Assembly (NCBI GenBank): GCA_045600465.1
Contig: JAZRXY010000005.1
Location: 1-59,460 of the forward strand
Source of the DNA: Bacilli bacterium
GTDB lineage: Bacteria > Bacillota_I > Bacilli_A > RFN20 > UBA1709
Length of the DNA stretch: 59,460 nt
Reading direction: 5' to 3'
Shown: positions 21,070 to 29,380 of the stretch, piece by piece
Position numbering within the stretch: the first letter of the stretch is position 1
Layout: every line of letters starts with the position of its first letter
The notes under the pieces: model-generated
The model's database searches: none
Seen by the model: the letters and a program-made list of their open reading frames with translations, nothing else
Told to the model about the DNA's origin: nothing
Made by a program: the position numbers and the translations under genes

Positions 21070-21897
21070 TTAATCTTTAATAATCTTATCTAAGATGTTT
21101 TTTAGTTCTTGTTCATCTTTGAAGTTAATCTTAATCGATTTTTCATCAATCTTAACTTTAGTATCTAAATAATTTGCTAAAAGTTCAGTTTCTTTTAGAT
21201 AAACTTCTACTTTACGTTTTTTAATGACATTTACTTTCTTTTCTACTTCTCTAACACTAATCTTGTTCTTTGTTATTTCTTTAGCCATTGCAATTATTTG
21301 ATCATTTGGCAATCCAATAAGAGTTCTAGCTGCTGCTGGAGCAAGACTATTGTTTGAAATCATTTCTTGTACTTCTTTAGGTAATACAAGTAGTCTCAAA
21401 GTATTGGCAATATAAGGTCTAGTTTTACCAATCTTAAAAGCTAATTCTTCTTGAGTTAAATTGCTTGTCTTCATTAAATTAGAATATGCTAGCGCTTCTT
21501 CCATCGCATTTAAATCTTCTCTTTGAATATTTTCGATCAAAGCAATTTCTGCCATATCTTGATCATTAAATTTTTCAACAATAGCAGGTACTTCTTCTAA
21601 CTTGCAAATTTGAGCTGCTCTAAAACGTCTTTCACCTGCAACAATTTCATAGTGATCATTAACCTTTCTCAATAGAATTGGTGTAATGATGCCTCTTTCT
21701 TTAATTGATGAAGCAAGTTCGTTTAGTTTTTCTTTATCAAACTCGATACGTGGTTGATATGGATTTGGTTTAATTTCTTTAATATTAATATAAGTCTTTA
21801 CTCTATTTTGGTCTTTTTGAATAAAGTCGATTTGGTCAGGTAGATTAGATTGTAATAAATCTGCCAACCCTTTCCCTAATCTTTTATCGTTTTTCAT
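21070..21897 (-). CDS. parB: ParB/Spo0J partition protein
   Basis: LGKGL, NPYQPR, GERRFRA, ENIQREDL; start reassigned to ATG 21897. Confidence 0.95.
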   Translation of the reverse strand: MKNDKRLGKGLADLLQSNLPDQIDFIQKDQNRVKTYINIKEIKPNPYQPRIEFDKEKLNELASSIKERGIITPILLRKVNDHYEIVAGERRFRAAQICKLEEVPAIVEKFNDQDMAEIALIENIQREDLNAMEEALAYSNLMKTSNLTQEELAFKIGKTRPYIANTLRLLVLPKEVQEMISNNSLAPAAARTLIGLPNDQIIAMAKEITKNKISVREVEKKVNVIKKRKVEVYLKETELLANYLDTKVKIDEKSIKINFKDEQELKNILDKIIKD

Positions 21898-22651
21898 TCT
21901 TAATGACCTCCCTTGCAATCTCTAGATATGCTTTAGCACCACTTGCTTTTATATCGTATTCAATGATGCTTTTACCTCTAGATGATGCTTCTACTAATTT
22001 AATATTTCTTGGAACACCAACATGGTATACCTTATCTTTAAATGTTTGTCTAACATCTTGTTGAACTTCAACAGCAAACTTTGTTCTAAAGTCACACATT
22101 GTAAGTAAAATTCCTTCAATCTCAATATGTGGGTTACTTGTTTGTTGAATTTTTCTAATGTTATTTAGTAGCATGACAAGTCCTTCCATTGAATAGTATT
22201 CACATTGCATTGGAATCATTGCACTATTAGCAGCATTTAAGGCGTTGACGTTTAATAGTCCAAGTGATGGTGGGCAGTCAATTAAAACATAGTCATATTT
22301 ATCCTTAATAGGTTCCAAAACATTTTTTAATAGCAATGTTGCATTTGGATATTTGTACAAATCAATTTCTGCCATTGCCATATTTAAAGAGCCTGAAAGA
22401 AGGTGAAGTTTTGGAGTTGATGTTTGAATAATCGCATCCTTCATTTCACATTTTTTGGTAATTACTTCATAAATAGTTTTATCAAGTAATGATGAATCAA
22501 ATCCTAAACCCGCTGATGAGTTACATTGTGGGTCTATATCGATAACTAATACTTTCTTGTTATAGTAAGCTAATGATGCTGCTAAATTAACAGCTGTGGT
22601 TGTTTTCCCAACGCCACCTTTTTGGTTACATATTGCAATAATCTTTCCCAT
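21884..22651 (-). CDS. parA: ParA/Soj ATPase
   Basis: NQKGGVGKTTT, DIDPQ, DCPPSLG, QCEYYS. Confidence 0.96.
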   Translation of the reverse strand: MGKIIAICNQKGGVGKTTTAVNLAASLAYYNKKVLVIDIDPQCNSSAGLGFDSSLLDKTIYEVITKKCEMKDAIIQTSTPKLHLLSGSLNMAMAEIDLYKYPNATLLLKNVLEPIKDKYDYVLIDCPPSLGLLNVNALNAANSAMIPMQCEYYSMEGLVMLLNNIRKIQQTSNPHIEIEGILLTMCDFRTKFAVEVQQDVRQTFKDKVYHVGVPRNIKLVEASSRGKSIIEYDIKASGAKAYLEIAREVIKNEKR

Positions 22652-22663
22652 AACATCCCTCCT

Positions 22664-23359
22664 CTACAATGGTTTATTTTTTATCTTAGAATAACTTCTA
22701 GGATATTTCGTTTCATGTTGTTTAATTTTTTGTAGGCACATGTTAAAGTGCGTAACATTTGCTTTAGTAAGTTTGACTTCTTGCACTCTAATTATCTTAT
22801 AACCTAGTGTGTCTAGCGCATGAGCAGCTTCAGTGATTTCTCTTTGATAATTTGTGCCCTTCATAATAACTAGATATCCTTTTGGTTTAATTAGGTTGCA
22901 AGCTAACTCTAATAAAATGTTTAATGATGCAACCCCTCTAGCAACACAAATATCAAATTTTTCACCTTTGTATTCTTCAGCTCTAGCAACAATTGTCTTA
23001 ACATCCTTTAATCCCAACTTTTTAGCAAGGTTATCTATAAACATCATTCGCTTACCAGTTGAATCTAGCGCTGTAGCTTTAATTGAATCATCAATTATTT
23101 TTAAAGGGATTAATGGAAATCCTGCTCCACTACCTAAATCAACAACGCTCTTATTAGTAAAATCTTCTGCGTTAATTAGTGAGATGCAATCAAAGAAATG
23201 TTTTTCATATACTTCTTCTTCATCAACTATACTTGTTAAATTGTATTTCTCGTTTTCACTAACTAGATATTCATAATATGTCTTGAATTTATCTAGTTGA
23301 TCTTCATTAAGGGTAATACCTAAACTTGCTACATCATTTATAAAATCATTAATGTTCAT
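22664..23359 (-). CDS. rsmG: 16S rRNA m7G527 methyltransferase
   Basis: NLTSI, HFFDC, DLGSGAGFP, ARAEE. Confidence 0.96.
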   Translation of the reverse strand: MNINDFINDVASLGITLNEDQLDKFKTYYEYLVSENEKYNLTSIVDEEEVYEKHFFDCISLINAEDFTNKSVVDLGSGAGFPLIPLKIIDDSIKATALDSTGKRMMFIDNLAKKLGLKDVKTIVARAEEYKGEKFDICVARGVASLNILLELACNLIKPKGYLVIMKGTNYQREITEAAHALDTLGYKIIRVQEVKLTKANVTHFNMCLQKIKQHETKYPRSYSKIKNKPL

Positions 23360-25214
23360 TTTTCTTCCCCCTTAATCTTAGATTCATTATTAGAATGCCA
23401 ATATCACTAGGATTTACTCCTGATATTCTTGAAGCTTGTCCTATTGTTCTAGGCTTTACTAGCATCAATTTTTGTTTAGCTTCTATTGCAATATTATCCA
23501 TATGTTCATAATCCATGTCTTCAGGGATAACCTGTTCTTCAAGATGCTTTCTATTTTCGGCCTCTTCTTTTTGCTTGCTAATATAGCCTTCGTATTTTAT
23601 GTTTATTTCAACATCTTTTAAAACTTCTTCACTATAAATATTCCTTAAATATTTAGTAATATCTTCGATTGAAATAAGAGGACGTTTTAAAAGCAAGTAT
23701 CCATTCACACCTTTAGTTAGTGCTTCATCTCCTCTAGAAATAAGTACACTATTTATTTCGTGTTTTACTCCAAATTTAGTATTTTTTAATTCTTCTTTTA
23801 ACCTTTCAATATCTTGTTGTTTATTTAAAAATTGATTATAAGTCTCTTTGCTTACTAAACCGATTTCATAGCCGTATTTTCTAAGTCTAGCATCAGCATT
23901 ATCGTGTCTTAGTAGTAATCGATATTCAGCACGGGATGTAAGAAGTCTATAAGGTTCCTTTGTCCCTTTAGTTACTAAATCATCAATCATAACACCGATA
24001 TACGCTTCATCTCTTCTTAAGACTAAAGGCTCTTTCCCTTTTAATTTATTAATGACATTGATTCCTGCCATTAGTCCTTGCCCTGCCGCTTCTTCATAAC
24101 CACTTGTCCCATTTATTTGACCTGCGCAGAACAAGTTTTCTACAGGTTTAGTTTCTAGACTTGGTTTTAATTGCAATGGATCTATTGCATCATATTCAAT
24201 AGCGTAAGCATATTTTTTTACTTTACAATTTTCAAAACCTGGAAGAGTTCTAATCATTTTTTCTTGAATCTCTTCAGGCATTGATGTTGAAAATCCTTGT
24301 AAATAAATTGTATCCAAACTTGCTGACTCTGGTTCAACAAACAATTGATGTTGATCCTTGTCGGCAAATTTAACAATCTTATCTTCGATTGAAGGACAAT
24401 ATCTAGGCCCTACTCCTTCAACCATTCCTCCATACATTGCTGATTCTTTTAAGTTATCTTGAATAACTTTTTTAGTTTCTAGCGTTGTATGGATTAAATA
24501 ACAAACTCTTTGTTCTTCTAAAGGTATAAATCTAGTCGTTGAATAAGAGAAAGCTAAATTACCTTTAGTTCCTGGTTGAATACTCATCTTAGAATAATCA
24601 ACACTATCTTGATAAATTCTAGGAGGTGTTCCAGTTTTTAATCTTTGGATATTAAAGCCGTTTGCTTTTAAAGATTCACTTATCCCAATCGCACTTCTTT
24701 GTCCGTCTGGACCCTCTAATTTAAAGGTGTGACCTCTTAATATTTTAGAGTTAGGATATGTTCCTGTTGTTAAAATTACGGCATCTGCTTCAAGCTTTCT
24801 ATTATCCTCTAAAATAACACCTTTGCAAACTTTGTTTTCCACAATTAGTGAAGTAGCCATGCTTTCAATTATTTCTATATTCTTTTCACTTTGTAAAACA
24901 TTTTGCATATATTTTGCATATTCTAATTTATCGGATTGAGCTCTTAAGCATTGAACTCCTGGGCCTTTACCAGTATTCAACATTTTTAATTGGAAATAAG
25001 TAGCATCGCTTGCTTTTGCCATTTCTCCGCCAAGGGCATCTATCTCTCTTACAACCACTCCTTTAGCAGGTCCCCCAATAGATGGATTACATGGCATACT
25101 TCCAATATTAGTGATATCTAGGGTAATTAAAGTCGCAGTAAAACCAGCTCTAGCAACCGCTAGGCTAGCTTCTATTCCAGCATGACCGCCACCAACAATA
25201 ATTACTCTTCTCAT
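23349..25214 (-). CDS. mnmG: tRNA uridine modification enzyme MnmG (GidA)
   Basis: GGGHAG, MPCNPSIGGPAKG, GPRYCPSIEDK, GQINGTSGYEEAA. Confidence 0.98.
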   Translation of the reverse strand: MRRVIIVGGGHAGIEASLAVARAGFTATLITLDITNIGSMPCNPSIGGPAKGVVVREIDALGGEMAKASDATYFQLKMLNTGKGPGVQCLRAQSDKLEYAKYMQNVLQSEKNIEIIESMATSLIVENKVCKGVILEDNRKLEADAVILTTGTYPNSKILRGHTFKLEGPDGQRSAIGISESLKANGFNIQRLKTGTPPRIYQDSVDYSKMSIQPGTKGNLAFSYSTTRFIPLEEQRVCYLIHTTLETKKVIQDNLKESAMYGGMVEGVGPRYCPSIEDKIVKFADKDQHQLFVEPESASLDTIYLQGFSTSMPEEIQEKMIRTLPGFENCKVKKYAYAIEYDAIDPLQLKPSLETKPVENLFCAGQINGTSGYEEAAGQGLMAGINVINKLKGKEPLVLRRDEAYIGVMIDDLVTKGTKEPYRLLTSRAEYRLLLRHDNADARLRKYGYEIGLVSKETYNQFLNKQQDIERLKEELKNTKFGVKHEINSVLISRGDEALTKGVNGYLLLKRPLISIEDITKYLRNIYSEEVLKDVEINIKYEGYISKQKEEAENRKHLEEQVIPEDMDYEHMDNIAIEAKQKLMLVKPRTIGQASRISGVNPSDIGILIMNLRLRGKKNEH

Positions 25215-25215
25215 T

Positions 25216-26802
25216 TTATCCTTTAAAACTATTTGCTAAATATTCTGTTTCCTTTGCAACATCAAGTCTTGGGAAAATGTTTTCTCCTTTTGTAACAATC
25301 TTATTATCCATACCATGGAAATCTAAGATTGTATCGTATTCAATTTCTTCTAATCCTAGTTGAGTTAAAACTTTTGGATATGTATTAACTAACATTGGTT
25401 TTAACATAACGCTTGCTTCTTTTAAGACTAACATTAAGTGAGTCATTACTGATCCTAATTCATCTTTTTTTGCTTCGTCTTTAGCAAGTTCCCAAGGTTT
25501 TGTATCATCAATATATTTGTTAGCTTTGCTTAATAAGTCAAATACTTCTCTAAAGCCTTGATCAACATAGAATTTATCCATTTTGTCTTCATAATGCTTC
25601 TTGGCATTTTCTAAAGCTATTTCTAAATCTTTGTCAAAGTTTCCGATAGCGCCTTTATATTCTGGAATGTTGCCTCCAAAGTATTTAGTTACCATTGAAA
25701 TACTTCTAGATAATAAGTTTCCGTAGTTATTAACTAAATCATTATTAACGTTTTCAACAAATAATTCTGGAGTGAATGTTCCATCTTGTCCAAATGGGAC
25801 ACATGTTGTCATGTAATAACGAAGTGTATCTAGACCATATTTTTCAATAATTGGTTCTGGATAAATTACGTTCCCTTTAGATTTTGACATCTTTCCGCCA
25901 TTCATTAGTATCCAACCATGAGCAAAAATCTTAGTTGGTTGGCTTAGACCTAATGCTTCTAGCATGATTGGCCAATAGATCATATGGAATCTAATAATTT
26001 CTTTTCCTACTACGTGTAGGACTTCATGATCTTCATCATTGTGCCAATATTTTTTAAATAACTCATCGTTATCTTGTTTGTAACCTAAAGCTGTGATGTA
26101 ATTTGATAAAGCATCAATCCAAACATAAATGACGTGTTTTGGATCTTCTAAGATTGGAACTCCCCAATCGAAAGTGGTTCTAGAAACACTTAGATCACCT
26201 AGTCCTGGTTTAATAAAGTTATTAACCATTTCATTTTTTCTAGAAATAGGTTCAATAAAACTTGGATGTTCATCATAATATTTTGTTAACCAATCAACAT
26301 ATTTTGACATCTTAAAGAAATATGATTCTGATGTTGTCTTATGAACTTCCCTACCACAATCAGGGCAACGATGATCTTCCCCAACTTGTGATTCTGTCCA
26401 ATAAGATTCACATGGTGTGCAATACCACCCTTCATATGATCCTTTATAAACATCCTCTTTTTTATAATAGTCGCTAAAGATTTGTTGAACTGTTTTAACG
26501 TGGTAGTCATCTGTGGTTCTAATAAACTTATCGTATTGAATGTCTAGTCTCTTCCACAAATCTTTAATACCATCAACAAGTTCATCAACAAATTGTTGTG
26601 GTGTTTTTCCTGCTTCTTTTGCTTTTTCTTGAACTTTTTCGCCATGTTCATCAGTACCAGTTAAAAAGAAGACATCGTATCCTCTTAGTTTTTTGTATCT
26701 TGCAATTGCGTCGCAAATTGTTGTAGTGTAAGTGTGCCCGATGTGCAAGTTACCTGATGCATAATAAATTGGTGTTGTAATGTAAAATGTTTTCTTTGCC
26801 AT
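25216..26802 (-). CDS. metG: Methionine--tRNA ligase, short form without C-terminal tRNA-binding domain
   Basis: LHIGH, GTDEHG, CTPC/CPDC knuckle, YVWIDAL, KMSKS. Confidence 0.97.
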   Translation of the reverse strand: MAKKTFYITTPIYYASGNLHIGHTYTTTICDAIARYKKLRGYDVFFLTGTDEHGEKVQEKAKEAGKTPQQFVDELVDGIKDLWKRLDIQYDKFIRTTDDYHVKTVQQIFSDYYKKEDVYKGSYEGWYCTPCESYWTESQVGEDHRCPDCGREVHKTTSESYFFKMSKYVDWLTKYYDEHPSFIEPISRKNEMVNNFIKPGLGDLSVSRTTFDWGVPILEDPKHVIYVWIDALSNYITALGYKQDNDELFKKYWHNDEDHEVLHVVGKEIIRFHMIYWPIMLEALGLSQPTKIFAHGWILMNGGKMSKSKGNVIYPEPIIEKYGLDTLRYYMTTCVPFGQDGTFTPELFVENVNNDLVNNYGNLLSRSISMVTKYFGGNIPEYKGAIGNFDKDLEIALENAKKHYEDKMDKFYVDQGFREVFDLLSKANKYIDDTKPWELAKDEAKKDELGSVMTHLMLVLKEASVMLKPMLVNTYPKVLTQLGLEEIEYDTILDFHGMDNKIVTKGENIFPRLDVAKETEYLANSFKG

Positions 26803-26824
26803 AATTAATCACGCTCCGACAATT

Positions 26825-26848
26825 TATTTTATCACAATTGATAAAATA
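26825..26848. promoter_or_regulatory. Perfect 10-4-10 inverted repeat upstream of metG RBS
   Basis: TATTTTATCA-CAAT-TGATAAAATA. Confidence 0.35.
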
Positions 26849-27006
26849 ATAATAGTACACGCATATTAGATATAAATACATATTTATACACCTTTTTATT
26901 CCATTCCTCATACTTTTCCCTCTTTTTGTCCCACTTTGTATCACTTTTTACCGTTTTATCAATGTTTTTTTAATATTTTATCAAAACGTAAATTTTGTTT
27001 TTTTAT

Positions 27007-27035
27007 TTTACCAAACCATAAATTTGTGTTATAAT
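27007..27035 (+). promoter_or_regulatory. SigA-type promoter of the XRE gene
   Basis: TTTACC-17 nt-TATAAT with extended -10 TGnTATAAT (27027-27035). Confidence 0.6.
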
Positions 27036-27051
27036 ATGTTTGGGTGATATT

Positions 27052-27798
27052 ATGTACGATAAAAAAGTATGTATCAATAACATAAGATTTCTAGCTAAAA
27101 ATCAAAACATTAAACTTGGTTCTTTGGAAAAATCAATAGGTGTTAGTCCTGGCTATTTTTCAAAACTTGAAAAAGAAGGAAATTTAGCAAATCCCACAAT
27201 TGACCTTATTGTTAAAATATCAGAAATTTTTAAAGTTTCTGTGAATTCTATTATAGGGCCTTCTCTTACCGACCTAAATGCAAAAGAGTTAATTGTTCTT
27301 AAATTTCTATCTGCTTTAATCAAGGATTCGGAAGAATCCAAATTTCTGTGGATAAAAGATATAGAACCACACTTATCTGGTTCCAATTTTTTTGATGTCT
27401 TGGATGATTCTCCATACGCAGGGATCCTTAATAAAACAAGCATATATACAGGGGATTGTTGGATAAAAAAGTCCTCATGCATTTCCAAATTTAGAAAGGG
27501 AGAAACATCTATTGTCACCGGGGCTTGTTGCCGTTGCAATTTTGATGCAAATAAAACAATTCTTATTATTCCACTCTCAACTTATGAAGAGAATACTTTT
27601 TCATTTACTCATCCACGAATTGAAATTTATTTGCTTAATCCTTTTTGTTCGCCACTATGTGCTACAGGAGAAGAAACCTCTCCTGCAATAGTAGAATTAA
27701 TTGAAGTATTGTATAAAAAAGCGTGCGAATCTACAAAAAATATTATGCTAGATTCAAAATTAGAAAAAGATATTGTTTCTTATCTTAATAATAAATGA
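27052..27798 (+). CDS. XRE/Cro-family HTH regulator with large uncharacterised C-terminal domain
   Basis: N-terminal IRFLAKNQNIKLGSLEKSIGVSPGYFSKLE...IVKISEIFKVSVNSII matches HTH_3 pattern; ATG 27052 behind GGGTGA. Confidence 0.8.
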   Translation: MYDKKVCINNIRFLAKNQNIKLGSLEKSIGVSPGYFSKLEKEGNLANPTIDLIVKISEIFKVSVNSIIGPSLTDLNAKELIVLKFLSALIKDSEESKFLWIKDIEPHLSGSNFFDVLDDSPYAGILNKTSIYTGDCWIKKSSCISKFRKGETSIVTGACCRCNFDANKTILIIPLSTYEENTFSFTHPRIEIYLLNPFCSPLCATGEETSPAIVELIEVLYKKACESTKNIMLDSKLEKDIVSYLNNK

Positions 27799-27824
27799 TT
27801 ATATCATTTGTTATATATAACAAA
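27793..27824. promoter_or_regulatory. Tandem palindromes, candidate operators
   Basis: AAATGAT-TAT-ATCATTT (27793-27809) overlapping perfect 18-bp TTTGTTATATATAACAAA (27807-27824), abutting an RBS. Confidence 0.5.
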
Positions 27825-27837
27825 AGGAGGTGATTTC

Positions 27838-27978
27838 ATGAAAAGAGAAAAAAATCTTGCTTATTGTTGGCCCAACAAGCAAGATACACTTACAGATTTT
27901 GCATCTGTTAAACGTAACTTCATTATGCATCATTCTGTAAAGTTTGACAAGTCTTACTTATTATTTAAAGGAGAGTGA
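27838..27978 (+). CDS. Small 46-aa protein of unknown function (MKREKNLAYCWPNKQDTLTDFASVKRNFIMHHSVKFDKSYLLFKGE)
   Basis: Near-perfect RBS AAAGGAGGTGA just upstream of ATG; stop lies 4 nt before the next start; below the ORF-track length cutoff. Confidence 0.7.
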   Translation: MKREKNLAYCWPNKQDTLTDFASVKRNFIMHHSVKFDKSYLLFKGE

Positions 27979-27982
27979 TGCA

Positions 27983-28642
27983 ATGAGTAAACTTAATGCA
28001 TCTAGAAACGGATGCAAAGACGTTTTTAAAGCGTTTCTCGTTAAAAACGCTTATTATGATGGAAAGCTTGAGATTCCTGTATGTGCGTCTTGTAATTATA
28101 TTCCAAACAAATTAATCTCTTTTTCAAAGTGTCTTTCCACCACCGATTATGACCAATGGGTTCATTTCTATGAGGACGATTGTCAATTTGAAAGGGTTTG
28201 GAACAACCCGGAAAGATATTTACCGATTCTCAAACGATTTAAAGGAGTTATTGCTCCTGATTTCAGTGTTTATAGAGATTTTCCTTTAGTACTGCAAGCC
28301 TGGAATTGTTACAGAAATAGAGCGATTGCTTTTTGGCTTCAAGAGCATGGTATAAATGTAATTGTTAACGTGAGATGGGCCGACGAAAGAAGCTATGATT
28401 TTTGTTTCAGTGGTATCTCAGTTGGCTCAACAATAGCAGTCGGATCATACGGAAATATCAAAGTAAAAGATGACAGATTTTATTTTGAGCAAGGATTCAA
28501 GAGGCTCGTAGATATTACTCGTCCAAAGACTATTATATCTTATGGGCAATTGCCATTAAATTTGTTAGAGTTCTGCAAAGAAAGAGACATCAATGTTGTT
28601 TGTTTTAAACCGGAATTTGTTGTTTCAAGGGAGAATTTATAA
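27983..28642 (+). CDS. DUF4417-like domain protein
   Basis: VHFYEDDCQFERVWNNP, GVIAPDFSVY, WNCYRNRA, G+NVI.NVRW, STIAVGSYG pattern recognised as DUF4417; start reassigned to ATG 27983 behind AAGGAG. Confidence 0.8.
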   Translation: MSKLNASRNGCKDVFKAFLVKNAYYDGKLEIPVCASCNYIPNKLISFSKCLSTTDYDQWVHFYEDDCQFERVWNNPERYLPILKRFKGVIAPDFSVYRDFPLVLQAWNCYRNRAIAFWLQEHGINVIVNVRWADERSYDFCFSGISVGSTIAVGSYGNIKVKDDRFYFEQGFKRLVDITRPKTIISYGQLPLNLLEFCKERDINVVCFKPEFVVSRENL

Positions 28643-29046
28643 TGGGCGGCGGTTATTTTGGTGGTTTCGGGCACACAAAAGGAAGTAATTTATCGATTAA
28701 GCTTCCTTCTAAAACTAGTTATGATTCTTCTCCGTTGGAAAAAAGCGAATTGCCAACCTCCTCATCACAATTAAACCATATCTTTAGAAACAAGGAGGGT
28801 CATCTTCCAAAAACGGCGGAAAATATGGAAAAAATCTTGAAACTTGCTAATGACCCTTCAGCAATAAGAAGAAAAGATGCTAAAGGAAATGTGTGGGTGA
28901 CAAAAGAAGAAAATGGGCAACAATTATGGGCGCGAATAAGAAATGGCATTATAAACAATGCCGGTATCAATAAAAAGCCTAGATCTTGGGACTCATCAAC
29001 AGGTTTAAATAAAAATCCTTTTAAAAATAAAAAGGGAGGTAAATAG
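28642..29046 (+). CDS. Putative toxin: Gly-rich N-terminal leader, Ser-rich linker, basic nuclease-like C-terminal domain
   Basis: MGGGYFGGFGHTKGS leader; HIFRNKEGHL...GQQLWARIRNGIINNAGIN..PRSW pattern recalls polymorphic-toxin C-termini; TAATG coupling to upstream gene; function inferred. Confidence 0.55.
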   Translation: MGGGYFGGFGHTKGSNLSIKLPSKTSYDSSPLEKSELPTSSSQLNHIFRNKEGHLPKTAENMEKILKLANDPSAIRRKDAKGNVWVTKEENGQQLWARIRNGIINNAGINKKPRSWDSSTGLNKNPFKNKKGGK

Positions 29047-29047
29047 T

Positions 29048-29368
29048 ATGTTTAGTAAAAAAGACTTATTTATAATGTTGTTTTATTGTTTTGATTCTTT
29101 GAGTGAAAGTCACAACGATGAGGAATTAAATGAATTTCTAAGTGATGCAAACCCTTTTGTTTTCACCGATCGATGTTCAGCCGACCCTTCAATTTATGAA
29201 GAATTTGACAAAGCTATTACCCAATTGTCTTTTATAGATTTTGGATATTCTAATGTAAAAAGTTTTCTTGAAAAGCACCACCCTAATTTAGTAAAAATCT
29301 TTTTAGAAACAAACGAGGATAACTGGCAAGCAGCCTTTAAAGAATACTTAAACTCAAAAGATAATTAA
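29048..29368 (+). CDS. Putative immunity protein (acidic, 106 aa)
   Basis: Starts 1 nt after the putative toxin stop, strong RBS; FLSDANPF..SADP motif; acidic composition; function inferred. Confidence 0.5.
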   Translation: MFSKKDLFIMLFYCFDSLSESHNDEELNEFLSDANPFVFTDRCSADPSIYEEFDKAITQLSFIDFGYSNVKSFLEKHHPNLVKIFLETNEDNWQAAFKEYLNSKDN

Positions 29369-29380
29369 TTGGTAAAAACT

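Noticed and set aside
26750-26944. 64-aa minus-strand ORF upstream of metG
   Set aside because: Runs through promoter-like AT-rich DNA and overlaps the metG start out of frame; no RBS
27153-27539. 128-aa minus-strand ORF within the XRE gene
   Set aside because: Antisense shadow with no RBS or motif
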